A DNA stretch of 63,916 nt, filler included, from Folioceros fuciformis (lineage: Eukaryota): NCBI GenBank assembly GCA_049999805.1. It is 15 parts of 15 records of this genome, joined end to end, with 100 filler letters (N's around TTAATTAATTAA, not from the genome) between each part and the next. Parts side by side here need not be neighbours in the genome. Positions count along the whole stretch, not along the records: positions 33,945 to 46,453 come from JBNGIO010003202.1; 14 more parts are not named here. One strand, 5' to 3'. Below the pieces are notes generated by a model. The model searched no databases, was not told the DNA's origin, and worked only from the letters and a program-made list of their open reading frames with translations. A program made the translations under genes and the position numbers. This document shows, one piece after another, positions 33,945 through 46,553 of this stretch. Numbering within the stretch: position 1 is the stretch's first letter; every line of letters begins with the position of its first letter.

Positions 33945-36634
33945 GTACAAGTGGAGGAACTTGTTCCTGCACATCACGGCGTTCAACCTGCACGGGACGG
34001 TCAAATCCATCTTCTTGAAACACCACCCGTTGCACCTCCATAGTTGGAGTAGGCTTCTTGTGCATCTTGGTCTCATTAAAGAACATGTCATTGCTGCGAA
34101 CAATCCTCTTTGCCTCTGGATCTCACAGACGGTATCCCATCTCACCAGATTCACCATAGCCAAGAAAAATACATTTTCTTGACTTAGGAGCCAACTTGTC
34201 CCGAAACTCCTTTGGAACATGGTACTATGCCTCGGAGCCAAACACTCGTAGATGCTTGTATGACAGCTTCTTTCCAGACCACATCTCCTCTGGAACTTGC
34301 TCATCCACAGCCCTATTAGGAGATCTGTTAATGAGATGCACTGCAGTAACCACCCTAACCGACTATGCCACAAGGAAAGACTTGGCTGTTCCGTTACATA
34401 AATCACATGATCCTTGACAATGGTTACCTGAAGTGAGTACAAAGTGCCACACTTCAATCCACGAGCTAACACAAGAGAACCTTGAGAGATCTTCCAAGAA
34501 CGGTCTCCAAACCAACAGTGGTAGCCAGCGTCATCTAGCTGCCCTGCACTAATCATGCTTTTGGTCACCTTCGGAACATGCCTAACACCTTCAGTATGAA
34601 TGAAGATCCATAGTCGAACTTCAGCTGCACATCACCAGCACCTGCAATCTCGCATGCATAGTTATTTCCAAGCCAAACACAGCCTTTCCTAGTAGCATCA
34701 TAAGTGCTAAACCACTCCCTATGCGAAGTAACATGGAAAGATGCTCCAGAGTCAATTATCCAATCAGAGAATAAGTGACTCTCCAATGTTGTTAGTTGCG
34801 CAAAATCGAAGGAAGAAGAGGTAAGAACATCTTCATCATCAACAGAGTTCACCTCGTCACGCTTAACACTCGGACTTGCCTTGTTGTCGCTCTACTTCTT
34901 CTCCTTGCCTGTGTCCTTCTTAAAGTTCTCGCAGTCCCTTTTGATGTGTCCCTTCTTGTGACAATGGTAACACTCAACATTGTTACAACTACGAGATTTG
35001 CTATGGGAAAGACTTCGCTCCTTGTACTTCCCCTTTGAAGTGGACCTTCCTCTCACCATAGGGCATTGGAACCTTTCGAAGGTTCCATATTCTTCTTGTT
35101 TACCTCCTCTGTTAACAGGTTACCTTCTACATTTACAACGGTAAGACCACTAGCAGGAGCGGAATTACTCAGAGTTGTACGAAAGGTGTCCCTACTCTCT
35201 AGTAATGTGACCAACAGAAACATAGCTCTCACGGAATCTGGGAACAAGATACCTTAAGATGAGAGCTGGTTGAAAATGGTATGGAACTTGTTCAGATGAT
35301 CGGACATCCTCGTGCCTTCCTTCATCTTCAATTCCACTAGTTGTTTCAACCAGTACACCTAAGAAGCCGCACTTTGCTTCTCATACAGGTCACACAACTT
35401 CTGCCATAGCTCGTAACTTGTGGTCTTGTCTTTCACGTTGAAGTAGACCGACTTCGACATTGTTAGCATGATGGTAGACCTAGCAAGCTCATCTAGATCC
35501 TGCCACTCATCCTGAGTCATGCTAATGGGTTTCACTCCTAGCAACTTGATGGGCTTGATCTGCTTCTTCTATACTACAACCTTATACACTTGTTCTTTCC
35601 AATACGCGAAGTTAGTACCATCTAACTTTTCGATATTGAACATGACGTTTTCTGAGGACGTCATGATTCAAAATCGATGCAAATCAAGCAAAAGGCTAGT
35701 TAGAAAACGGTCGAATTATAATGTAGATTTTGTTACCCTCAATCTCGTTCCAAACGATTGTCCACAATTTTGGCCTCGGTCGCTCACAACTCGAATGTCT
35801 GCCGTCGTCCGATCAAGATCCTGACTTTCGCGGCCGGGATCAGTTCGGTGCCCGCGCCCTCGCCCACGGCGTCCGTGCTGCTCAAGCGTCTGCTCGCCGT
35901 GCTCACCACTCCCCCGCTTCGGCGCCCCTTGCCGGGGCCTAGTGCCCTTGGCCCATGGCAGGTGACCAGGGCGCCTTGGCTAGCGTCCCCCCCGGGCCTT
36001 GGCGCCCCTGAACGGGGCGGCGAGGGGGTCCTAGCGCCCTGGCCGCACTCCTTAACGGGGACTGCCTGAGCCCGCCTGGCGCCTCGCGGGATGGCTGTGC
36101 CTGCACCAGCAGGCTGGCAGCGCCTGCAGCCGGGATCGTCCATCTCCCGGCACTCCACGGCTTGGGCGCCCCGGGGCCTCGTGTGGCCCCGCTCCTGGGG
36201 CACACCCCGGGCTCCCACTTCACTCCGATATTACCCCGCTCCTGGGACACACCCCGGGCTCCCACTTCACTTTGATGTTGCCTTCATTCCGAAGCCTTGT
36301 GCACCATCACCTTTGCTCCATAACCTTGGCTCTGATACCACTTGAATGATCGTTCTAGGAGCTACATGGTGAAGGAGGAGAGGAGGAGAGGCAAGGAGGA
36401 GGAGAAAGGAGAGGTCACACTCTCATACAAAGTCTCAATAGCAAGGGAGCTCAAGGGGGTATTTATACCCTCTAGAAAAGCTCCCTATGAAGCTTCACAA
36501 GAAGCGCACAGGAAGTTGCCCAAGAAGCTTCCTACAGATTAGCTTAAGCTAATCTAAACTAATGGTACTTAAGTAGACACTAATCTTAGACTAAACACAT
36601 TAGTCTAAGCACATTGGGCTTTAATAACCCTTCA
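33945..36634 (-). mobile_element. Copia family X copy G (TNT1/Tork-like): 5' LTR 36343-36634, PBS 36328-36340, gag from 35664, integrase core deleted near 34350
   Basis: TGGTATCAGAGCC; WIIDSGASFH; SLWHSRLG is joined directly to late integrase. Confidence 0.92.
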
Positions 36635-39600
36635 TTTCGTACAACTCTGAGTAATTCCGCTCCTCCCAGTGGTCTCACCATTGTAAACATAGAAGGTAGC
36701 CTGTTAATAGAAGAGGTGAACAGGAAGAATATGGAACCTTCGAAAGGTTCCAATGCCCTCATGGTGAGAGGAAGGTCCACTTCAAAGGAGAAGTACAAGG
36801 AGCGAAGTCTTTCTCGTAGCAAATCTTGTAGTCATAACAATGTTGACTGTTACCATTGTCACAAGTATTTTCTATGATTGAAAAAGAGATGGAAAGTCCC
36901 ATCTACTCCAAAGATTGGAGGAACAACCCCATTAGGGCCAAAGGCAAAAAGAGGTACTCTCCCCTGCGAATATCATTTTCAAAAACTACCTACTGCTCCC
37001 AAAATGTCATGATGTGGAATAACAAAAGGCCTACCTACCACCGATGCCGAAGAAGCCGCTTGACCTGCACTTGTTGCTATTCTAAAAATTGCATTGGCCA
37101 ATGCTCGTTGCAAAGCAATGGATACACGTTGTCGAAAGAAGGCCACCACAGAGGAGAGACGGGGAACACCATTCCTATTGCTCTGATAAACCTTGGCGCA
37201 CTCCTTGATAAACCTTGAAAAGTCCTTGCCCATAGCTCCATGAGTCTCAAGAGCAAGGGGGATGAAAGTATGCCCGTCTTGCAAAGGAGAATACTTATGG
37301 ACTTTGGCACTTGCACAACCCTCTGCTGCCCAACCAGGGGGGTTGATGATGATGTGCTCACAAATCGAATCCCTAGAGGGATCTGTAACAACCACATCAG
37401 CAACACAAACCTATTCTCCCCTAGTGAAGAAAAGGTCGGCTCTAAGTGAAACCCCATTACGCAAAGTATATGGACGCTCCCTATACGGAAGAAACCCACA
37501 CTCCCTAGCCATTGAGAACATGACATCTTGAACTGCATCGTGAGTGGCAATACGGTGTCCCCCAACAGGACAACGTGCCAAATGGGACCCTGTATCAACA
37601 ATGGCAACCCAACAACTGCATGTAGAGAGAGAAAAAGCCAAGGGGTGGGCCAAACCTAAGCGAAATCTCAAAAGTTGCTGGTGCGATTCGAAACGCCTGC
37701 ATGCAAGGTCGAGCTAAAAGCCAAGAGCCCGCTCCTTTACCTGAACAAGATCGAATACGAGCTCGAGAAGACCTAGGGATGGATGAGTCTAAAAGAAGGG
37801 CTCTTAATGCTTGGCCATATTGCTTTTCTAGGAGGGAGGCTTGGAGACCCTTCAACCCTTCCCTAGAAAAGGAGGTGAAAGGAGGTAGAGCCTCACGAGC
37901 CTCCAAAGGTAGAGAATCCCTCGCTTGCCTAAGAGATACCTGTAAAGAGAAAACGCCCTCCTCAACACTTGAAATAAAACTTTCAAGAACAAGGGAATCT
38001 TGTAGCAAAAAATGAGAGGCCAAAATTGGAGTTGAGAGGGCCTAGCTGCCGAGAAAGGCAGTTGGGGCAGAGGCCTCCATGGCCAAAAGACCAACCCCTC
38101 CAAAGGTGATTGGCAAAGAAGCCTGCTTCCGAGCCAAATCACCGACAGCACACTCGAAGGTGCCCGGACCTACGATGTTCCCAAGAGCCTGCATAACTTG
38201 ATTGTCAAACTTCCTGAGACTTGATAAGAAAAATGGAGAAGGTGCAACAGTTCTAGTGAGGTAACCTGGTTGCCGTGCAAAACAAGAAGAAAGGATACCA
38301 AACGCAATCTGAGGATCACCGATTTGTGAGAGGTCCATGATATGAGCCAAATCTTCATCCAATGCTTCATCCACAAACCCATGAACAAAATCAGGAGGTC
38401 CCACAGGCACACCCAAGACTCGAAGTCTCCACGAGGGGGTGATATCCCCCCTTAAATATTGAAGGGGGGAAGTGATGCTTGAAGGGGACCAAACCCTGCA
38501 TTTAGATAGCTTGACCTGCAACCCAACCTTGGAGAGCTCTGATGAGAAGAAATCAAATGTTGCTTTGACTGTGACTCCTTGCCCAAGAATATGAGTGTCA
38601 TCAGCCACGGAAGGGAAAAGGCATTCCTGAAATGCTAAGGCAATAAGTAGAGGACAACGCACGAAAATGCGCCATCGCAAAAAGAGCACCCCCTAGCGGA
38701 TCCCCTTGCCTTGTGCCTGTTGCTGAATCAAAAACTGAGACCCCCTCAATAGTCGGGCCGTGTTGGTAGTAGAGCTTGGATGGCGAGTCATAGAAGGAGC
38801 GAACAAAAGGGATAAGACTTGCTAATTGACCTCCTGCACTCTTGAGCTCTGAGAAGATGGCGACCCTAGAGACGGTGTTGAAAGCATTCTCAATATCAAC
38901 CTGCAAAGCTACCCAGTGAGGATGTAACTCAAGGGTAGCTTGGATGCCGAGAGCGGCATATTCACACCCACCTGGGGTAGCAATCCCAAATTGGTGGGGT
39001 GCAAGATGCGCTTGGAAGTACTCCTGAAGTTGAATTGCGATACTTCGGCTGATAAGGCGCAGCAATAGGGCGCACTCCTGAGGTGGGCTTTTTCAATGCA
39101 AGTAGCCTACCAGCCGCCAAAACTTGAGAGATTCGATTGGGAACTTCGCCCCTGGCCACAGTAGCTGCTAGTGTATAAAGCTCCGAAAAACCACTTGAGG
39201 GATTCTCAACAGAAAAAAAATCTCAAAAATGGTCATAAACTGTGCTAGACAAACCCCCTGCCGAAAGTCGTGGCGCACAAGAGAGTGCATGCCCAAAAAC
39301 AACCCTATCCAAGCAAAAAGGCTCCTCGACCGTGTGGTCAAGAAGATCTTGTGGTATATGTCATGAGGTTATGGATGAAGGGCACGAAGTGCAGCAATGA
39401 TGTCCTCAGTTGTAGGTGCAGCCAGCTCTGGGCGCAATGCACTAGCAGCCCGAGCATATTCACCATCCCTGCCCAACATGAGACACCGCTTGAGACGCGT
39501 TTAAATGGGTCATGGCACACCTTGTCAACCTTAGCTAACTCCAATCAAGATTTTGCTGCTAGTAAGTCCTCCTCCTGAAGAGCTTGCCAATCTCCGGATC

Positions 39601-40184
39601 GAAAACGGCGAAGTCGAGAGGCCACCTCCCTATGACCTGACGGACCACCCCTAGAGCGCCGAAGGCACCATCTAGGCAGGAAAAGGAACAAAATCCAAGC
39701 ACCCTCATCCCTCGGGTCCCAAGTAGGCGATCCAAGGGAAGATGATAAGTAAGGCGAATATCATCATGTAGGCGCCTAGGGAGATGTCGGAAGAGGCGAG
39801 GACATGGAAAACGAGCATGGAAAAGAGCCAACAAGTGATCAGATTGCCCTCAAAGCCACAACCAAGCCTCCGGGGACGACCCCAGAGGATTTGTTAGAAG
39901 AGGATTGGCACCTGGTTCGAAGGAAGAAGCAAGTCGCACTTGTGGCACCCAAATGGTCCTATCGAAGTCCTTATGCTTGTGACCAATATGGCATTTCACC
40001 CCCTTGACCCTAGAGCAAAGTTGAGAACACACTAGGCAAGGGGTGTTCTTGATAGGTAAAGGCTGGGTGTCACACACCATGTGATAGAGGCGTGTAGAAA
40101 GTCTTGTAAAATGATCAAAACCAAACAATTGTACTCCTCATTGTAACCCATAACCCATGCCCTTCATAAGCTCCACTCTGAGCC

Positions 40185-40640
40185 GCTCAACCCTAGACCC
40201 ATTTTGCTCCACAATGTTTATAAAACCCTAAACCCACTTTTCTCCATCGTGTCACTAAACCCTAAACCTGTTCAGCTCTGCCATGTCACTAAACCCTAAA
40301 CCCATTTTTGCTCCATAATACTGATAAAAACCCTAATCCATTTTTCTCCACCTTGTCGCTACACCCTAAACCCACTCCACTCTGCCATGCGGCTAAACCC
40401 TAAACCTATTCTGCTCCATCATGTCGCTAAACCCTAAACCTATTTTTCTCCGCAATGCCCATAAACCCTACATCCATTCTCCCCCGCCATGCCCTAAATC
40501 CATTATGCTACTGCCATGCTTGTAAACTGTAAACCTTGTTGCTCTGCCATGCCACTAAACCCTAATCTCATTCTGCTATTCCATTTTACTAAACACCAAA
40601 CTCATTCCGCTTTGCCCTGCTACTAAATCCTAAACCTTAC
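40185..40640. repeat. Degenerate ~33-35-bp array containing plant telomere-like AAACCCTAAACCC
   Basis: About 12 AAACCCTA-like cores at regular spacing within the CRE 5' region. Confidence 0.85.
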
Positions 40641-40864
40641 TTGCTTGCTCCACCATATCGGTATACCATTTTTCGGTACCTTCCTCACCTGAACACAAAC
40701 ACACAAACAAAGCCCTAATGAACATGGTCTTGCCCTACATCACTTTTCATCGTCCAAACTCTTCCCCCAAAGAGCACTTCTTAGAAACCCTAGGCCCATA
40801 CCCCTAAAGAGCACCTCTTAGAAACCCTAGGCCCATAGCCGCACAATGGCATAGCAAAGTTGCA

Positions 40865-41077
40865 TACACCTATGCCATGCCACCACCCTACGCTCCACAT
40901 TCATCACCACCGCTCTACTCTCCATCACACCCATGCCATACCACCACCCTACGCTCCACGTTCATCACCACCGCACTACTCTCCATCACCACTGCCCTAC
41001 TCTCCATCACCACTGCCGTACGCTCACCATCACCGTATCACACCACTGCCCTACGCTCACCATCGCCGTATCACCGA
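40865..41077. repeat. About 21-bp CACCACTGCCCTAC(T/G)CTC-type tandem array at the CRE 5' end
   Basis: Repeated CACCAC..CCCTAC.CTC units. Confidence 0.8.
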
Positions 41078-44000
41078 TGACCTTTCAAATTATCAAACAC
41101 AAGAACTATGAACTTGTAGACTATTGTCACAAAAGGGGTCACATCAGAAGGGACTGCGAGAAGTTCAAGAAGGACAAAGGAAAGGAGAAGAAGCAGAGCG
41201 ACAACAAGGCAAGTCTGAAGATCAAGCATGACGAGGTGAATTCTGTTGATGATGAAGATGTTCTTAACTCTTCTTCCTTCGATTCTGCTCAATTGACAGC
41301 CGTGGATAGTCACTTATTCTCTAATTGGTTAATTGACTCTAGAGCATCTTTCCATGTTACTCCGCATAGGGAGTGGTTTAGCACCCATGATGCTACTAGG
41401 AAAGGATGTGTTCGGCTTGGAAATAACTACGCATGCGAGATTGCAGGCGTTGGTGATGTGCAGCTGAAGTTCGACAACGGATCTTCATTCATACTCAAGG
41501 ATGTTAGGCATGTTCCAAAGTTGACAAAAAGCATGATTAGCGTAGGGCAGTTGGATGACGCTAGCTACCACTATTGGTTTGGGGATAATTCTTGGAAGAT
41601 CTCTAAAGGTTCTCTTGTGTTAGCTCGTGGATTGAAGTGTGGCACTTTGTACTCACTTCAGGTAACCACTGTCAAGGATCATGTGATTTGTGTAACAGAA
41701 TAGCCAAGTGTTCCCTTGTGGCATTGTCGGTTAGGACATATGTCTCAAAAAGGAATGAAGATCTTATCTCGTTTTGGTTACGTCCCTGTTTTTGACTTCT
41801 GTGATTTCTCCGTGTGCAAGCACTATTTGTATGGGAAACAGACGAAATCACTACATGGAGCAAGAGGTAAACACAAAAGTAAACCTCTTGAATTGGTTCA
41901 CAGTGACGTTTGTGGACCTATGCCCACTGTATCATTAGGCGGTGCATCCTATTTTGTCACTTTCATAGATGATTTCTCACGCAAGGTGTGGGTTTATCCT
42001 TTGAGGAAAAAGAATGATGTTCTGACAGTGTTTCAGAAATTTGTCACCCTTATAGAGAATTAGTTTGGCCTCCGATTAAAGTGTTTGAGGACAGACAATG
42101 GGGGAGAGTACGTGTTGAAGGCTTTCCAGTCATTCTGTGATTCCAAGGGAATCAAGAGAGAATTGAATGCCCGGTATACTCCTCCCCACAATGGTGTGGC
42201 TGAACGGATGAACAAGGCCATCCAAGAGAGGATGCGTAGTTTGTTATCAAACCGTGGATTGCCTAACGGATTTTGGGCAGAAGTAGTGTCTACTGCAGTT
42301 CATCTTATTAACAGATCTTCTAATAAGACTGTGGATGAGCAGGTTCCAGAGGAGATGTGGTCTGGAAAGAAGCCGTCATACACGCATCTACAAGTGTTTG
42401 GCTGCGAGGCATACTACCAAATTCTGAAGCAGTTTCGGGACAAGTTGGCACCCAAGTCCAAGAAACGTATTTTTCTTGGCTATGGTGAATCTGGTGAGAT
42501 GGGATACCGTCTATGGGATCCAGAGGCCAAGAGGGTTGTTCGCAGCAATTACGTGTTCTTCAATGAGACCAAGATGCACAAGAAGCCTACTCCAACTATG
42601 GAGGTGCGATAGGTGGTCTTCCAAGAAGATGGACTTGACCGTCAGGGGCAGGTTGAACGTCGTGATGTGCAGAAACCCGCTTCTCCACTTGTAGAAGAGA
42701 GAGTGCAACCAGCTCCAGTCGAGGAGCCAGTGCTTCGTAGGTCAGGAAGGATTTCACGTCCTCTTGACAAGTATGTTGCATCTCTTGATTATGTCATGTT
42801 AACGGATTGTGGGGAGCTCTCTTGTTACCAAGAGGCCATGTCAATAACTGACAAGGACAAGTGGGAGAAGGCGATGCAGTCGCAGATGGATTCGCTCCAT
42901 AAGAACCAAACTTGGGAGTTGGTTCAGTTGCCTAGACGTAAGACGGCATTGCCATGCAAATGGGTGTATAAGATGAAGGACATACCCCATTATGGCAAAG
43001 CCAAGTACAAGGCACGATTGGTTGCTAAGGGTTTTAAGCAACTGCAAGGTATTAACTTTGATGAGATTTTCTCACGAGTTGTCAAAATGACCACCTTGCG
43101 ATGTTATCTGGCTCTGGTTGAGAGGAATGACATGGAACTTGTCTAGATGGATGTGAAGTCGGCATTTTTGCATGGTGATCTCCAGGAAGAGGTATACATA
43201 CAGCAACCAAAGGGTTTTATTGAGAAGGGCAAAGAGAATCTGGTGTGCAGGGTAAAGAAGAGCCTTTATGGTTTGAAACAAGCACCCAGGGAGTGGTATT
43301 ACAAGTCCCACTCATTTATGGTTTCTCAAAGCTATAAACAAAGTGATGAGGATTATTGCCTCTATACGAAGCAAGCTAAGGATGGAAGCTTGCTCATTTT
43401 GGTCCTCTATGTGGATGATATGCTAATTGCTGGGAATAGGAGTGATGAGATTTCAGCGTTAAAGTCAAAGTTGAATGCTCGCTTTGACATGATAGACTTG
43501 GGAGAGGCAAGCCATATTCTTGGCATGTGTATTCGTCGAGACAGACATAAGCATTTGCTTTACTTGTCTCAGACTGAGTACATTAATAGGGTGCTTCAAC
43601 GTTTCAACATGGAGAAGGGGAAGGTATTGAGTACTCCGTTGCCTCCATATGTGAAACTTTCAAGCAAGGATTGCCCAAGTTCTACAGAGGACAAAGTTGA
43701 TGGAGAAGGTTCTATACTCATCAGCTGTAGGGAGTTTGATGTATGCAATGATTGCTACACGTCCTGACATTGCCTTTGCAGTGGGAGTGGTTAGCAGGTT
43801 TATGTCAAACCCTGGCAGGAAGCATTGGGAGGCAGTGAAAGGAGTTATGAGGTACTTAAATGGTACAAAAGCTTTGTGCATATGTTTTGGTAGTGAAGAT
43901 GCATTTGTTGTGGGATATATGGATGTTGATTATGCAGGGGATATGGATAAAAGGAGGTCCACATCAGGTTATGTCTTCATGAGCACTGGAGGGGCAGTCT

Positions 44001-44696
44001 CATGGCGATCTCGTTTGCAATCGTGCATAACGCTATCTACCATAGAGGCTGAGTATGTTGCAGCGACTGAGGCTTGCAAGGAAGCCATGTGGCTTGCTCG
44101 TTTAGTGGGAGAGTTGTGGATCAAGGTTGAGCTGCCAATGTTGCATTGTGATAGCCAAAGTGCTATCCAATTGGTGAAGAATCTAGTGTTTCATGCGAAG
44201 ACCAAACATGTGGAAGTGAAGTATCACTTCATTCGAGAGGTGTTGGAAGGCAAGAGGGTACAGCTTGTCAAAGTTCACACTAGTCAAAACCCTGCAGATA
44301 TTCTTACCAAGGGGCTCTCTACGGAGCAATTCGCACAAGCTCGGACACTCATGGGCATGAGGTAGACCACTCTCCTATGAAGGTAAATTGAGCTTTAAAT
44401 GGGAGGTTGTAGGGTCATTAAAGCCCAATGTGCTTAGACTATTGTGTTTAGTCTAAGATTAGTGTCTAGTTAAGTATCATTTGTTTAGATTAGCTTAAGC
44501 TAATCTGTAGGAAGCTTCTTGCGCAGCTTCCTGTGCGCTTCTTGTGAAGCTTCCTTGGGAGCTCTTCTAGAGGGTATAAATACCCCTTTGAGCTCCCTTG
44601 CAATTGAGACACTGAGAGTGTGAGACCTCTCTTTCTCCTCTCCTCCTTGCTTCCTCCTCTCCTCTTTCACCATGTGGCTCCTTTAGCGATCCTTCA

Positions 44697-45135
44697 CACT
44701 TTAGTTCCTCCTTCCGCTACGGTGCTTGATTCCACCACCTCGGTTCCTTCTTCGACAACTATGGCTGACTCCACAAGGGGGGCTGTTTCAACCACCTCGT
44801 TAGCTTATCCCATGCTCTTCTTTGGTCGATGTGTCTCTCCCTTAACCTTGGCCCTAGCCTTATCCCTCTCCCACTCATACCTCTCTACTAGCTTCTTAAA
44901 TTCTCGAGTGGTGCTACCGACTCTTGGGCCTGTGAAATCTCATTCTAGAGCTCCTTGATTGTGGCATGAGCCTCCTTCACTTGTATCACCAAGGCTTCCT
45001 GTTGAGTGGCCATAATCTTCAGCTCCTCTCATGCCTTGCTCAATGAATTCCTGAACTCCCGCTTGTGGTCTTCTTCTGCCTTTTTTCCACCTTCGACTTC
45101 TTCTAATTTCTCCTTGAGCAGTTTCTCTTTGTTGC
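44697..45135 (-). pseudogene. Degenerate homolog of the 2923-3987 TE extra ORF
   Basis: TQQEALVIQVKEAHATIKEL..ERYEWERDKARAKVKG aligns with EQQETLLAKVREAHETNLEM..DRYKREWDEARERVKG. Confidence 0.6.
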
Positions 45136-46130
45136 CCCTGTATACTAAGCTAGGTGAGGGCTATGGCAACCTGGTTGAGGATGTCCGCCTGGGTCTAGGT
45201 CATGTGTTGTTCTGTGCCGCTAAACATCGCACTCATGCATAGTTCATTAGTTAACAATACTCACAACACACCACATTACACACATATTAAACATCGCATG
45301 ATGGTGTTGCAGCTCTATAAAGAGTAAAGCGTTTGCTTCCTTTAGACACCACAAAATCTCCTCCACCTACATCCACATTCACAGAGCTGTAGCTTGGCTT
45401 CTCAAATCCTCGATCAGGTCACTTGATCTTGCACACTACGCACATGCACACCTCAACCGAATTTCTAACAAGAGAATACACTCAAGAGAAAGCTTATTTC
45501 ACGAAAAGAAAGAGAATACAAGCTTACAACTGCAGAGAACACCGCTAAGCTAGGCTTTTATGCTTGCTCCGTGAGACCTACTGTAGCCGCATCCACACAT
45601 CTAGTTGTGTATTTATCTCGTTGATTGTATATTATATTATATTTTTAAATTGTCTTAACTAAATAATTATTAATTACTACTAATGCGATTGATTAGCATC
45701 ACTTAATTATTAACGAATTACTATTTGCATGCATCTAAACGACAACACCCGATCATGCTTGATAGGTGAATGAGCTTGGCTTGAATTGAAAAAAGTGGTT
45801 GAATCTAGCTTCATCTATAATAGCAACAACACCTTTGTACAAAAGCAAAAACTCCTTGACATGAGGCTTGATGTGGTAGGCACTGTGCTACAATCCATAC
45901 CACAAGCTTGGAGGGATTCTATTGTAGGAGGCAAGAAGGACTATGCAACCATTCAATCCAAGGATTGTTGCTTGAAGCTCTAAATTCGTGACCTCCAGTT
46001 GTCTTGTCGGATTACTAAATTGGACATAGCCCAAGTCATATCACCCAAATCTGGAAGGTGCTGTGATCTCCAACCATTAGTAACTAGTGCAGCTATAACA
46101 GGGACCAAGAATGGCATTATAAGATGCTTA

Positions 46131-46453
46131 CATAGCTCGGTGCCCTTATGCCTTCACGGACGTGAAAAGAAAGATCCTCATATCTCAAAAACCTGCTATT
46201 CCGACTGACATAGCTCAGTGCCCTTATGCCTTCACGGACGGGAAAAGAAAGATCCTCACATCTCAAAAACCTGCTATTTCGGTTGACCTACTATGAGACC
46301 GGCATGAGGACCTACTTTGAGACCCTACTATGAGACCGGCATGAGGACCTACTTTGAGACCCTACTATAAGACCGGCATGAGGACCTACTTTGAGACCCT
46401 ACTATAAGACCGGCATGAGGACCTACTATGAGACCGGCATGAGGACCTACTAT
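46131..46453. repeat. 78-bp duplication followed by a 37-bp tandem array running into a gap
   Basis: CATAGCTC.GTGCCCTTATG occurs twice. CCTACTAT.AGACCGGCATGAGGACCTACTTTGAGAC occurs three or more times. Confidence 0.9.
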
Positions 46454-46553
46454 NNNNNNNNNNNNNNNNNNNNNNNNNNNNNNNNNNNNNNNNNNNNTTA
46501 ATTAATTAANNNNNNNNNNNNNNNNNNNNNNNNNNNNNNNNNNNNNNNNNNNN

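Larger units (their letters stand above)
36865..41120 (-). mobile_element. Full-length, decayed CRE-clade non-LTR retrotransposon (C2H2 finger, RT, CCHC knuckle, restriction-like endonuclease) with a ~12-bp TSD
   Basis: CLVC..CHIGHKH; GVRPIA; QFGIATPGGCE; DIENAFNTVSR; GTRQGDPLG; SVADD; CSC..HLARC..HDAV; RADL..DVVVTDP..KVHKY..FIPLALETHG. TSD CCATTGTCACAA (36853-36864) versus CTATTGTCACAA (41121-41132). Confidence 0.88.
36635..44696 (+). mobile_element. Copia family X copy H: gag-pol 36635-36864 and 41121-44365, PPT, 3' LTR 44408-44696; interrupted by a CRE element
   Basis: VHSDVCGP, RTDNGGEY, LYGLKQAPREWY, LYVDDML, RRSTSGY and ADILTK, with several TAG stops. Confidence 0.95.

Noticed and set aside
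40185-40640. True telomere or chromosome-fusion scar
   Set aside because: Cores are degenerate, separated by spacer sequence and enclosed within a TSD-bounded element.
40860-41111. His/Pro-rich extensin-like ORFs, and a His-rich N-terminus on ORF 40933-41703
   Set aside because: Translation of the 21-bp array at the CRE 5' end, fused by chance to Copia gag across the insertion junction.
45139-45747. Possible solo LTR (TGT...ACA)
   Set aside because: Flanks GCCCC and CCCGA do not form a TSD and there is no second copy in the window.
46286-46453. CRISPR-like 37-bp periodic repeat (also 7-146, 1443-1576, 54218-54308 and 60820-60985)
   Set aside because: Units are head-to-tail with no unique spacers, there are no cas genes, and the context is eukaryotic.
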